Below are positions 16,228-24,761 of a stretch of 24,761 bases of DNA, piece by piece. The translations under genes and the position numbers were made by a program. Position 1 is the stretch's first letter. Each line of letters starts with the position of its first letter. The stretch comes from a virus. Lineage: Duplodnaviria; Caudoviricetes. Below the pieces are notes generated by a model, which saw only the letters and a list, made by a program, of their open reading frames with translations, did not search any database and had not been told where the DNA came from. The stretch is taken from positions 1 through 24,761 of the IMG/VR virus record IMGVR_UViG_3300047550_004018; one strand, written 5' to 3'.

Positions 16228-17229
16228 ATGATCAAACTTGTATCTGAACAATTAAGAAAAATAAGTGCAGTATCAAATAAATCTACAATTTTAGAAATTA
16301 AATCAGCCGGCGCAGTAAACTTTCTTGAGTTTTCTAATGTTGGTGGATCACCTACTGTTACTATCACTAATGCTGGTGATTTAACTATTAATAGTATTAA
16401 CAGTGGTTTTACTTATACTTATGGTTTAGGTGTAAATGGAAATATAGAAGCAACTAGTTATATTACTGCTGGAAATGCTTCTACTTGGGATAGACTAATA
16501 ATTGCTGGTCGTGCCGGTGGTTCATCTTCTTATAATGCTACTCTTAAGCCAACTACTCTATCTTCTAATAGAGAATTAACTGTCCCAGATGCTAATGGCA
16601 CAATTGTAACGACCGGAAATTTATCCGATATTACTTCTGTTGGAACATTATCTAATTTAACAGTATCTGGAAATATTACAATTGATACTAATACTTTATT
16701 TGTTGATTCTGCTAATAATAGAGTTGGTATTGGCACGGCTTCACCAACAACAACTCTTGATGTTTCTGGTGAAGCTTTAGTTTCATATATTACTACAGGT
16801 ACAACAACTACTTCCGCTTTGCCTAATCTTGTAACAACATTTTCTAAAGAAAAAATAAGTGTTACAGGTGCAGGTTTAGCTGCAGAATCAAATATAAGTT
16901 TGAGTACTGCTTCTATTTATTATTATAATGCTGATGCTACTGCTAATTCAAATATTAATCTTTACTATACTCATACTTCTGGTACATTAGATTCAAAAAT
17001 GCTTACTGGTGAATGTGCTACGTTTGCTATAATTATACAAAATGGTGCAACTGCTTATTGGCCTAGTGTATTTAAAATTGATGGCAATACCGTGACACCT
17101 AAATGGCAAGGCGGTACTGCTCCTACTGGCGGTAATGCTAGTAGTAATGATATTTATGTATATAATATTATTAAAACTGGGGCTAATGCATTTACGGTTT
17201 TTGCATCTCAAACTAAATTTGGAAGTTAA
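16228..17229 (+). CDS. Fibre-like structural protein
   Basis: ITSVGTLSNLTV, IDTNTLFVDSANNRVGIGTASP, and a C-terminal TPKWQGGTAP...DIYVYNIIKT domain typical of fibre genes in aquatic phages. Confidence 0.75.
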   Translation: MIKLVSEQLRKISAVSNKSTILEIKSAGAVNFLEFSNVGGSPTVTITNAGDLTINSINSGFTYTYGLGVNGNIEATSYITAGNASTWDRLIIAGRAGGSSSYNATLKPTTLSSNRELTVPDANGTIVTTGNLSDITSVGTLSNLTVSGNITIDTNTLFVDSANNRVGIGTASPTTTLDVSGEALVSYITTGTTTTSALPNLVTTFSKEKISVTGAGLAAESNISLSTASIYYYNADATANSNINLYYTHTSGTLDSKMLTGECATFAIIIQNGATAYWPSVFKIDGNTVTPKWQGGTAPTGGNASSNDIYVYNIIKTGANAFTVFASQTKFGS

Positions 17230-17231
17230 TT

Positions 17232-18122
17232 ATGCCTAGAGTTTCATCTTTTGGTATTAAAGGATTTGGCTTTACTTCCAGTTCACCTTGGACTGCTACT
17301 GGTGGAACTATCACTACTAGTGGTATTTACACTATTCACACTTTTACAGCCTCAGATAACTTTGTAGTGACAGGTGATGGTTCTAAAACTGTTGATGTTT
17401 TGTTAGTTGGTGGAGGCGGCGGTGGAGGCGGCGGTGGTACTAGCACTGGCGGTTCTGGCGGTGGTGGAGGAGGTTATATTTTTGAATCTACTGCTTCTGT
17501 TAGTGCTGGAACTCATGCAGTAACTGTTGGTGCTGGTGGTTCAAGAGGTGGCAATGCGTCCATGCCCGGTACCCCTGCTTCTCGCGGCTCGAATGGCTTT
17601 CAATCAATTTGTTTTTCTCTATCTGCCCCACCTCAAGGTGGTGGTGGAGGTGGTGCGTTGGGTAACGGGGCGGCAGGGCTATCCGGTCGTGATGGTGTTG
17701 CAGGTGGTGGAGGTGGTGGTTCCCCATCTACTGCTGGCGGTGGAGTTGTTTCTGGATATTCTGGTTTTAGTGGTAGTAGTGCTGGGTCAGCATCGCAAGG
17801 TGGTGGCGGTGGTGGTGCCGGGGCTGCTGGCGGTGCTGTAGGCCCATCTAGAGGTGGAAATGGCGGAAATGGTGCAACTGCTACATTAAATGGGGTAACA
17901 TACGGCGGAGGCGGTGGTGGTGGTTATGGCGGCACTAATACTGGTACAACTGCAACTGGTGGTTCTGGTGGTGGTGGTAGAGGTGCTCATCGTGCATCAA
18001 ATATTACTGCTCTTAACGGCACTGCAAATACTGGAGGAGGCGGTGGTGGTGGTGCCGCTAATTTACCATATTTAGGAGGAATTGGTGGTTCTGGTATTGT
18101 TATAATTAGGTATATAACATGA
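17232..18122 (+). CDS. Glycine-rich domain virion protein
   Basis: ATGG...HTFT, LLVGGGGGGG, ANTGGGGGG, GGSGIVIIRY. Confidence 0.85.
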   Translation: MPRVSSFGIKGFGFTSSSPWTATGGTITTSGIYTIHTFTASDNFVVTGDGSKTVDVLLVGGGGGGGGGGTSTGGSGGGGGGYIFESTASVSAGTHAVTVGAGGSRGGNASMPGTPASRGSNGFQSICFSLSAPPQGGGGGGALGNGAAGLSGRDGVAGGGGGGSPSTAGGGVVSGYSGFSGSSAGSASQGGGGGGAGAAGGAVGPSRGGNGGNGATATLNGVTYGGGGGGGYGGTNTGTTATGGSGGGGRGAHRASNITALNGTANTGGGGGGGAANLPYLGGIGGSGIVIIRYIT

Positions 18123-18499
18123 GTCATTGGGCTGAAATAGACGAAAATAATATTGTGGTTCGTGTCCTTGTTGGGTCAAACGATTCCCCTGATGAGGGGT
18201 ACTATTGGTTTGTGGAAAACCTTGGTGGTCGTTGGATTAAAACTTCATACAACACTTATGCTGGCGCTCACTTAGATGGGGGTATTCCATTTCGCAAAAA
18301 CTATGCTGGAATTGGCTACACTTATGATGAAGTTCGTGATGCTTTTATTCCGCCCAAATATTTTGATTCTTGGATTCTTGATGAAGAGACTTGCCATTGG
18401 GTAGCACCCATTCCTTATCCTAATGATGGTAAAAATTATGAATGGAATGAAACAAATTGCTGTTGGGATGAAATTGAAGTATTATTAAATGAGGAATAA
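18119..18499 (+). CDS. Conserved partner of glycine-rich proteins (possible fibre assembly factor)
   Basis: MSHWAEID, KTSYN, FRKNYAGIGYTYD..RDAFIPPK, W.APIPYP; ATGA-coupled. Confidence 0.8.
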   Translation: MSHWAEIDENNIVVRVLVGSNDSPDEGYYWFVENLGGRWIKTSYNTYAGAHLDGGIPFRKNYAGIGYTYDEVRDAFIPPKYFDSWILDEETCHWVAPIPYPNDGKNYEWNETNCCWDEIEVLLNEE

Positions 18500-18501
18500 T
18501 C

Positions 18502-18840
18502 ATGGCTGCGGAACGAAATATTATCATTTATCAAGGAGATACTTATATTCACGAATTACGTCTCCGTAATTCCGCTAATGCCAATATTAATATTTCGACC
18601 CGGACTTATACAGGACAGGTTAGAAAAACAAAGACTTCTAATACAATTATTGCTACTTTTACCACCCAAATCACCGATGGCCCAAACGGAGTAATGCAGT
18701 TCAGTTTAGAGCCGAATGTGACTTCCAATATCACTAGCGGTGTCTATTTTTATGATCTTCAAGAAACGAATAATACCGTTGTAACCACTCTTGTAGCCGG
18801 CAAAGCGACGGTTCAAGGCGAGGTTACACGTGGCAGCTGA
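18502..18840 (+). CDS. Putative fibre/baseplate adaptor (I.QGDT...YFYDL family)
   Basis: NIIIYQGDTY...GQVRK...GVYFYDLQ...GEVTR pattern. Confidence 0.75.
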   Translation: MAAERNIIIYQGDTYIHELRLRNSANANINISTRTYTGQVRKTKTSNTIIATFTTQITDGPNGVMQFSLEPNVTSNITSGVYFYDLQETNNTVVTTLVAGKATVQGEVTRGS

Positions 18841-19123
18841 TGTAACAACCCTTACAATTAGAGGTAACGATATTACCAGTTTAACTGTTACGTCTAGCGA
18901 TATTACTATTATTCAAACTGGTACTAATACAACAACTAATAGAGATGTTACTATTTTGAATACATCTTCTGCTACAATTACAGTACCAAGTAGTTTACAA
19001 CTTGGTAATGCAATTCCAACAGAACTGGCTAATACTGGGACTGCTGGGGTTGCTTTAACAGTATCAAGGTCTGATCATGTTCACCCGTCAACAGGTCATA
19101 CCGTTAATGGAGGAAATTTTTAA
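18830..19123 (+). CDS. Putative fibre-associated protein
   Basis: Thr-rich; SRSDHVHP motif; ends NGGNF. Confidence 0.7.
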   Translation: MAADVTTLTIRGNDITSLTVTSSDITIIQTGTNTTTNRDVTILNTSSATITVPSSLQLGNAIPTELANTGTAGVALTVSRSDHVHPSTGHTVNGGNF

Positions 19124-20860
19124 ATGGCGAATACAATTCGGATTAAGAGAAGGGCGACGGGTTCAGCCGGCGCTCCTAGTTCTCTAAAGAATGCTGAGCT
19201 TGCATTCAATGAAGTTGATGACACACTTTACTATGGTAAAGGTTCCGATATTAATGGTGATGCTAACACCGTCGTTGCGATTGGCGGTTCAGGTACTTTT
19301 GTTACCCTTTCCGGTGTTCAGACTATTACTGGCAATAAAACTTTTTCTGGATTAGTTGCATTAGGTTCTAGCGCTACCGCTACAACTCCTTCCGCTAACA
19401 ATAACAGTACAACTGTTGCTACTACTGCTTATGTTGATGCCGCTGTTTCTGGAGCAACAGTTAGTACAGAGCAGGTTCAGGATATTGTTGGTGGTCAGTT
19501 TGTTACAAACGGCTCTCACACAGGAATTTCTGCTTCTTATGATGACGCTGGCGATGGCGCTATTGATCTTTCTTTGACAACAACGGGTGTTTCGGCCGGT
19601 TCGCATGGAAACGCAACTCATAGTGCTTCATTTACTGTTGGCACAGATGGTCGTATCAGTTCTGCTAGCAACTCTGCTATCAGTATCACATCTACTGCCG
19701 TTACTGATTTTACTGAAGCCGCTCAAGATGCTGTTGCTTCGCTTTTCACTACCGCTACACATAGCGGTATTGCTGCATCTTATGATGATGCTAATGCTAC
19801 TCTTAGTCTTGATGTTGCTGACTTTACCATAACTCTTGGTGGTGATTTAACTGGTAACGTTACAATTACTAATTTAGGTAGTGCAACTCTTAATGCTACA
19901 GTTGCCGCTAACTCTGTTGCTTTAGGCACAGATACTACTGGTGATTATGTTGGGTCTATTTCAGCGGGGACAGGAATTACGCTTTCTAATACAGGAACAG
20001 AGGGTGGTACATTTACTGTTACCAACGCTGGCGTTACAGGGCTTACTGGAACTGCTAATGAAGTTGAAGTTAACGCCTCGACTGGTTCTGTCACAATTGG
20101 ATTGCCTTCTAATGTTACAATTACAACTGATCTTTCTGTTGGTGGTAATGCTACTATTACAGGTAACTTAACTGTTAATGGAACAGTTACTACAATTAAT
20201 TCTACTACTATAACTGTTGATGACAAGAATCTTGAATTGGGTTCTGCATCTGATGTTTATACCCCATCTGATGCCGGCGCAGATGGTGGTGGTATCACAC
20301 TGAAAGGTACAACAGATAAGACATTAAACTGGGTTGATGCTACAGACTCTTGGACTTCTTCTGAGCATTTTAATCTTCTTACTGGAAAAGAGTTTAAGAT
20401 TAATGGAACAAGTGTTCTTTCTGGTACTACGCTTGGTAGCGGGGTTACTGGTTCTAGTTTAACATCGGTTGGAACAATTGGTACTGGCGTTTGGCAGGGT
20501 ACTGCTGTTGGTGTTTCTTATGGTGGTACAGGGGCAACTGACGCTCCTACGGCAAGAACCAATCTTGGTCTTGCCATTGGAACAGATGTTCAGGCTTATG
20601 ATGCAACTCTTGCGGCTCTTGCTAATGTGTCTGTGTCTGCTGATGCTTTAATCTATGGTACAGGAACAGACACTTTTGCTACGACAACGCTTACTTCTTA
20701 TATGAGAACATTGCTTGACGATGTGGACGCTGCGGCCGCTAGATCAACTCTGGGGCTTGGTACAATTTCTACTCAGGCTTCTAGTAATGTGTCAATTACT
20801 GGCGGTTCTATCAGCAGTGTGTCCCTTGATCTTGTTACAATAGATGGAGGAACTTTCTAA
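19124..20860 (+). CDS. Long fibre protein (Mtd_N-like N-terminal adaptor)
   Basis: MANTIRIKRR...ELAFNE...LYYG; GNLTVNGTVTTINST, ARTNLGL, DVQAYDATL; ends IDGGTF. Confidence 0.85.
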   Translation: MANTIRIKRRATGSAGAPSSLKNAELAFNEVDDTLYYGKGSDINGDANTVVAIGGSGTFVTLSGVQTITGNKTFSGLVALGSSATATTPSANNNSTTVATTAYVDAAVSGATVSTEQVQDIVGGQFVTNGSHTGISASYDDAGDGAIDLSLTTTGVSAGSHGNATHSASFTVGTDGRISSASNSAISITSTAVTDFTEAAQDAVASLFTTATHSGIAASYDDANATLSLDVADFTITLGGDLTGNVTITNLGSATLNATVAANSVALGTDTTGDYVGSISAGTGITLSNTGTEGGTFTVTNAGVTGLTGTANEVEVNASTGSVTIGLPSNVTITTDLSVGGNATITGNLTVNGTVTTINSTTITVDDKNLELGSASDVYTPSDAGADGGGITLKGTTDKTLNWVDATDSWTSSEHFNLLTGKEFKINGTSVLSGTTLGSGVTGSSLTSVGTIGTGVWQGTAVGVSYGGTGATDAPTARTNLGLAIGTDVQAYDATLAALANVSVSADALIYGTGTDTFATTTLTSYMRTLLDDVDAAAARSTLGLGTISTQASSNVSITGGSISSVSLDLVTIDGGTF

Positions 20861-20871
20861 TAGGAGTTTAG

Positions 20872-22434
20872 ATGGCTAATACTATCAAAATCAAGAATAG
20901 TGGCACAGCCTCTAATACACCATCTGCAAACTCTCTTGAGTATGGAGAATTGGCTATCAACTATGTTGATGGTAAGTTATATTTCAAGAATACAGCAAGC
21001 ACTGTAAACTTTTTTTCTGCTGGTGCTGGTGGTGGTGCTTCTACTCTTGATGATCTTACTGATGTAGCAATAACTTCGGCAGAAGAATTTCAAGGTTTAT
21101 CTTATAATGGAACTTCTTGGGTTAATAGTCATATTCCATTAGTTTCTTATGTTCAAAATGCTGAAGCTAACACTATAACAACTGGTACTTGTGTTTATCT
21201 TTTTGGTTCTACTGGTGATCATGCTGCTGTTAAAAGAGCTGACAATAATAGTGATACCACTTCTTCTAAGACAATAGGGCTTGTTGCATCAAATATTGCT
21301 TCTAACAATAATGGGCCAGTTGTTACACGTGGATATGTTGATGGAATAGATTTGTCTGTTGGATATACTGCTGGTGATATTTTATGGTTGGGCGAAAATG
21401 GTGCTTTTACTACAACTAAGCCTACAGCGCCAGACCATCTCGTTTTTATAGGTGTTGTTGTTAGAGCAACTAATAATGGAATTATTTATGTTGCTACACA
21501 GAATGGTTATGAACTAGATGAACTTCATAATGTTAGTTTGCCTTCTCCGCAAGCTGGAGAGTTTTTAAAATATAATGGTTCATTATGGGTGTCAGATGTA
21601 ATTGATTTAGGTACAGATACCACTGGAAACTATATGTCAAATGTTTCGGCAGGTACTGGAATAAGTATTACACATACTCCATCGGAAGGTTCAACAGCAA
21701 CAATTGCAGTTGATACTTCTTATTCAGGTTTTGTTCCTACTGGCACAGTTTTTCAGTATTCTGGAAATACTGCACCATCAGGTTACTTAATTTGTGATGG
21801 TGCTGCTATTTCTAGAACAACTTATGCCACCCTTTTTGGAGTAATTGGAACCAGATATGGTGTTGGTGATGGTGCTACAACATTTAACTTGCCTTCAATG
21901 GCAGCTAAAGTACCTCAAGGAATAACTACTGGTGTACCATCTGGTACTACAATTACTACAAGTGCTGAATCTGCTACTCATACACATACTATAACTACAG
22001 GTATTCAAAGTGCAAATCATACTCATAATGGAACGTCAGGCGGTGTTTCTGCTGGTCATAATCATACTATTACGACTTCCAATGCCAATGCCAACCATAG
22101 CCATAATCAAAACTGGACTGTTGGTACTGGTAACGACAATAATAACCATACTCATGGATATCAAAAATCTAATGGTTCCAATGCTGCTGCTACTAGCGAT
22201 GGTGTTAGTACTGGTCATACCCATACATGGAATGCTAACTTAACAACTGCTGGTGATGGAGCAGCTCATTCTCATGGAGCAAACGCAGGAAGTCAAAATT
22301 CTGATCATACTCATAATACAACTGTTAGTATTCAGTCTGCTGACCATACACATTCTGGAACAACTGCTAATGCATCTGTTGTTCACAATCATTTATTTGA
22401 CATTGTTCAATTTGTTTATATTATTAAGATATGA
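20872..22434 (+). CDS. Fibre protein with tail-collar domain and HxH-repeat tip
   Basis: MANTIKIK...GELAINY.DGKLY; collar motif PSGYLICDGAAISRTTYATLF..IGT.YG.GDG.TTFNLP; ten HxH motifs; ends YIIK. Confidence 0.9.
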   Translation: MANTIKIKNSGTASNTPSANSLEYGELAINYVDGKLYFKNTASTVNFFSAGAGGGASTLDDLTDVAITSAEEFQGLSYNGTSWVNSHIPLVSYVQNAEANTITTGTCVYLFGSTGDHAAVKRADNNSDTTSSKTIGLVASNIASNNNGPVVTRGYVDGIDLSVGYTAGDILWLGENGAFTTTKPTAPDHLVFIGVVVRATNNGIIYVATQNGYELDELHNVSLPSPQAGEFLKYNGSLWVSDVIDLGTDTTGNYMSNVSAGTGISITHTPSEGSTATIAVDTSYSGFVPTGTVFQYSGNTAPSGYLICDGAAISRTTYATLFGVIGTRYGVGDGATTFNLPSMAAKVPQGITTGVPSGTTITTSAESATHTHTITTGIQSANHTHNGTSGGVSAGHNHTITTSNANANHSHNQNWTVGTGNDNNNHTHGYQKSNGSNAAATSDGVSTGHTHTWNANLTTAGDGAAHSHGANAGSQNSDHTHNTTVSIQSADHTHSGTTANASVVHNHLFDIVQFVYIIKI

Positions 22435-23144
22435 CAACTTTAAAACAAGAAAAAGAAAACTTAGAACCAACTTTTGGCACTATTGGTTATTATGATAAAG
22501 AAATAGGTATAAATGACAATAAAGGAATTTTTGCTGTTTGTAAAGTTATAAATGTTCCATTATCTGACGAAGAATATCTTGATCAAGATAGGTGCGATAG
22601 AGGAAGTGTTGGCCCGTCTGGTTTTCATATTTGGAATGAAGAAACATCCAAATGTTCTTGTGGTTTAGAAGAAAGACCAAATGAAATCACAAAAGATCAT
22701 ATTATAACAATTGAAGATGTAGCAGCATATTCTTGTGTTATTGAAGCACTTCCTTATGGCTTTGTTGTATATATAGAAATGCATGATTCTGAACTTGAGG
22801 AAGAAATGATCAGGTGGCCTCACCATTGTCGAACTCTGCAAGAAATTCTTAGATATATTGTAGAATGGGCTTGGGCTTACGAAGAGTTAGGAAATCGCGA
22901 GGAAATAGCGGAAGTTTGTCATGGCATGATGATAGTATTGGATGTGCCAAAAGATATTTATGATTGGATTGTTGCAACAATTCCACCTGAAAAAGTTGGA
23001 AGATATCTTGCTGGTCATCCAGATGCAAGGGCTAGAACAACAGAGGTTATTCCTGATTTAAGTGATGAAGCAAGTGCTTGGTTAAGAACTAAAATAGTTT
23101 TAACTAGGACATTTGGAGGATTCGAGAAAGAAAGATTGATATGA
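22431..23144 (+). CDS. Hypothetical acidic protein
   Basis: ATGA-coupled on both sides; Cys/His-containing. Confidence 0.75.
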   Translation: MTTLKQEKENLEPTFGTIGYYDKEIGINDNKGIFAVCKVINVPLSDEEYLDQDRCDRGSVGPSGFHIWNEETSKCSCGLEERPNEITKDHIITIEDVAAYSCVIEALPYGFVVYIEMHDSELEEEMIRWPHHCRTLQEILRYIVEWAWAYEELGNREEIAEVCHGMMIVLDVPKDIYDWIVATIPPEKVGRYLAGHPDARARTTEVIPDLSDEASAWLRTKIVLTRTFGGFEKERLI

Positions 23145-23857
23145 CTATTAGTTATCCCGCTACATATGGAAGCATGATTGTTTCTGGAACAGATTTAATT
23201 GATAATAGTATATGTGATCTTTTAATTAAAAAATTGTCACCTGTTTATACTAATCATGCTTCTCCCGGCAAAACAGTTGGTGGTGTAATGAGTCATGTGA
23301 AAAGATCACATGATTTAGGTTTAAATTCAATTAATTTTCTTGAGGCTGGTTTAAATTGGGATGACGAATATCAATTTATAGAAGACACTATATTTTCAGG
23401 TTTTCAAAAACTCCTTTCTTTTTATTTAGATGATTATCCATGTATTGATGAAGACTGGAGTAATATTAATGATACTGGATATCAAATCCAAAAATATGAA
23501 CAAAATTATGGTTTTTATAAACAGCATACTGATAGTTTTCCTTCTGAAAGCATAAATCTATCAACGAGAGTTTTGGCTGGATTATTATATTTAAATGATG
23601 TTGAAATTGGTGGTGAAACAAAGTTCACTTTACACGATGTTGAGATTAAACCGGAAAAAGGTAAATTTGTATTATTTCCTGCTACATTTACCCATCCTCA
23701 TAGTGCAAAAAGACCAATATCTAGCGATAAATGGATAATCTCTACTTTCTTTACCAATACAAGTGCTTCTGTTGTACAAGAAGTAGTTGATCATCAACAT
23801 AATGACCATTCTCATGGTGAACATGGAGACCATGATCATCATCACAACGATTTCTAA
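23141..23857 (+). CDS. 2OG-Fe(II) oxygenase (prolyl-4-hydroxylase-like)
   Basis: QIQKY, HTD, LYLNDV..GGET.F, LFPA.FTHPH; His-rich tail. Confidence 0.92.
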   Translation: MTISYPATYGSMIVSGTDLIDNSICDLLIKKLSPVYTNHASPGKTVGGVMSHVKRSHDLGLNSINFLEAGLNWDDEYQFIEDTIFSGFQKLLSFYLDDYPCIDEDWSNINDTGYQIQKYEQNYGFYKQHTDSFPSESINLSTRVLAGLLYLNDVEIGGETKFTLHDVEIKPEKGKFVLFPATFTHPHSAKRPISSDKWIISTFFTNTSASVVQEVVDHQHNDHSHGEHGDHDHHHNDF

Positions 23858-23886
23858 ATAACTTTTTATCGTTTATAATTAGTTAT

Positions 23887-24761
23887 GTGAGAAACATAAC
23901 TAGAAAGTTTATTAAATTTCTACCTATTTGCCTATGGATGCTCTCTTTGCCATTTGGCGGTTCTGTTTCTGCTTCCACATCTGGTTTGGCAATTACTGTA
24001 TATGACAACTATTGGTATAACGGCTCCCCTCCTTTACCAGAAGAGTCTGGAAGACCCGTCGTTGGCACAGGCACTGTTCTTAATATTAATCAAAGTTTTG
24101 ATGACAATCCTCTTTTTGGGATGTACGAAGATTTTATTGTTAAATATGAAGGGCATATCACTTCTCCTATAACTGGAGATATTGTTTTTTATCCATCTGC
24201 TGATGATGGAACAAAATTATTAATTGATAATATCCTTGTTGATGATAACTGGTATGACAAAGGGTGCTGTGGTAATCCTACTGCTCCCATTTCTTTTCAA
24301 GCCGGCGAATCAAAACCAATAACTCTTTGGTTTTATGAAAATGGGGGCGGGGCTTGGGTTGAACTTTATTGGGATATTGGGAATGGCTGGGAGATTGTTC
24401 CAGAGACTGCTTTTACACAGCAACCTGTTGCAACTACTACAACTTCTACCACTAGCACAACAACTTCTACTACAACTACCACCACTACAACGACAACCAC
24501 TACAACTACTACTAGTACAACAACTAGCACTACTACTACAACAACAGTACCTGCTACAATAGTTCCAGAGACAACATGGCCGGAAACTACAACATCCACG
24601 ACTACAACGACGACCAGTACTACTACTGCTCCAACAACGACTGTGCCTGTCACGATAGCACCGACCACGACGACTATTGCAACGACGACCGTTGCCCCGT
24701 TTGTTCCGACAACTACTTTGCCGATTGGGACTACTGTTGCGGAAACTGCGGTGCCTACTAC
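23887..24761 (+). CDS. Secreted/surface PA14-domain protein with Thr-rich stalk, 3'-truncated
   Basis: Not in the ORF track. GTG 7 nt after TATAAT; signal-peptide-like MRNITRKFIKFLPICLWMLSLPFGGSVSA; PA14 motifs SADDGTKL and FYENGGGA.VEL.W; then poly-Thr. Confidence 0.85.
   Translation, partial: MRNITRKFIKFLPICLWMLSLPFGGSVSASTSGLAITVYDNYWYNGSPPLPEESGRPVVGTGTVLNINQSFDDNPLFGMYEDFIVKYEGHITSPITGDIVFYPSADDGTKLLIDNILVDDNWYDKGCCGNPTAPISFQAGESKPITLWFYENGGGAWVELYWDIGNGWEIVPETAFTQQPVATTTTSTTSTTTSTTTTTTTTTTTTTTTSTTTSTTTTTTVPATIVPETTWPETTTSTTTTTTSTTTAPTTTVPVTIAPTTTTIATTTVAPFVPTTTLPIGTTVAETAVPT
24430..24761 (+). repeat. Low-complexity ACN (Thr) codon tract
   Basis: Runs of act/aca/acc/acg encoding TTTTSTT...VPETT. 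Confidence 0.9.

Noticed and set aside
7246-21816. TCTAGA as a second iterated palindrome
   Set aside because: About 8 copies seen, close to expectation for this base composition.
19124-22434. Diversity-generating retroelement suggested by Mtd_N-like N-termini
   Set aside because: No reverse transcriptase and no adenine-mismatched template/variable repeat pair seen; the shared segments differ at ordinary synonymous sites.
24366-24668. Val-rich minus-strand ORF
   Set aside because: Antisense shadow of the Thr (ACN) codon tract.
1-24761. Stop-codon reassignment
   Set aside because: Genes tile densely under the standard code, and TAA, TAG and TGA all end genes at sensible junctions.

Overview
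AT-rich segment of a tailed dsDNA phage (Caudoviricetes). The host is probably an actinobacterium, inferred from TAnnnT promoters with leaderless starts and a Thr-rich secreted protein. The left arm (1-6364, minus strand) carries small hypothetical genes, tRNA-Thr(UGU), a GC-rich tandem array of four 'DDIVTRLR...AADEIERLR' paralogues, a G.U-rich RNA hairpin, a protein with two HiPIP-like Cys motifs, and thyX. After a divergent, repeat-rich intergenic region, the right arm (6552-end, plus strand) carries a GT4 glycosyltransferase, a class II (B12) ribonucleotide reductase, portal, prohead protease/scaffold, major capsid, virion and fibre genes, a 2OG-Fe(II) oxygenase, and a truncated PA14 + Thr-rich protein that the ORF track missed. 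The three most notable signals are: (1) the palindrome GCCGGC occurs at least 25 times against about 1 expected, in all codon phases; (2) the paralogue array looks like a GC-rich cassette block bounded by in-gene direct repeats; (3) a promoter-driven 60-nt hairpin with 8 G.U pairs. All counts were made by eye and no database searches were run.
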